A program made the position numbers and the translations under genes. The notes beneath the pieces are model-generated. The model did not search any database, was not told the origin of the DNA, and saw only the letters and a list, made by a program, of their open reading frames with translations. From positions 558,001-622,000 of the forward strand of contig CM075989.1 in assembly GCA_038087875.1 (NCBI GenBank): a stretch of 64,000 nucleotides of DNA. Direction: 5' to 3'. This document shows positions 63,823 to 64,000 of the stretch, piece after piece; position 1 is the stretch's first letter, and the number at the start of each line of letters is the position of its first letter. The stretch comes from Malacoraja senta. Its lineage: Eukaryota.

Positions 63823-64000
63823 GTGAGTGAACACACCGACGTGTCTCTCCAAAGACAAACATAAATTACCTAAGCTGTAATTACCTAAGCTTTTATCAAT
63901 ACATAAGGGAGAAATGGGTAACTAGAGAGAGAGAGGGAGCCATCAGGAATCAAAGTGGTCACCTCTTTGTGGAGCCACAGGAGATGTGAAAGGTCATTAA

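Overview
Eukaryotic, very repeat-dense vertebrate DNA, most likely a cartilaginous fish (skate/ray), inferred from an HE1-like V-SINE and abundant CR1/HER-type LINEs. Most of the window is nested, decayed transposable elements: CR1 LINEs (one near-intact with an SGNH-esterase ORF1), four L1-type LINEs, a Penelope-like element with palindromic pLTR derivatives, the 3' half of a DIRS tyrosine-recombinase retroelement, SINEs, a TIR MITE, and a set of non-autonomous Helitron-like elements carrying ~1 kb G-rich tracts or minisatellites. The only host gene I can support is the 5' part of a + strand Siglec/MAG-like Ig-superfamily lectin: a leader exon (50145-50226), a V-set exon and two C2-type exons, all joined by phase-1 GT-AG introns, continuing beyond the window end. 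I see no prokaryote-style system or novel protein operon. The most notable items are the modular Helitron-like family, the intact sialic-acid-binding Siglec signature, the DIRS terminal fold-back and a perfect 102-bp intronic palindrome.
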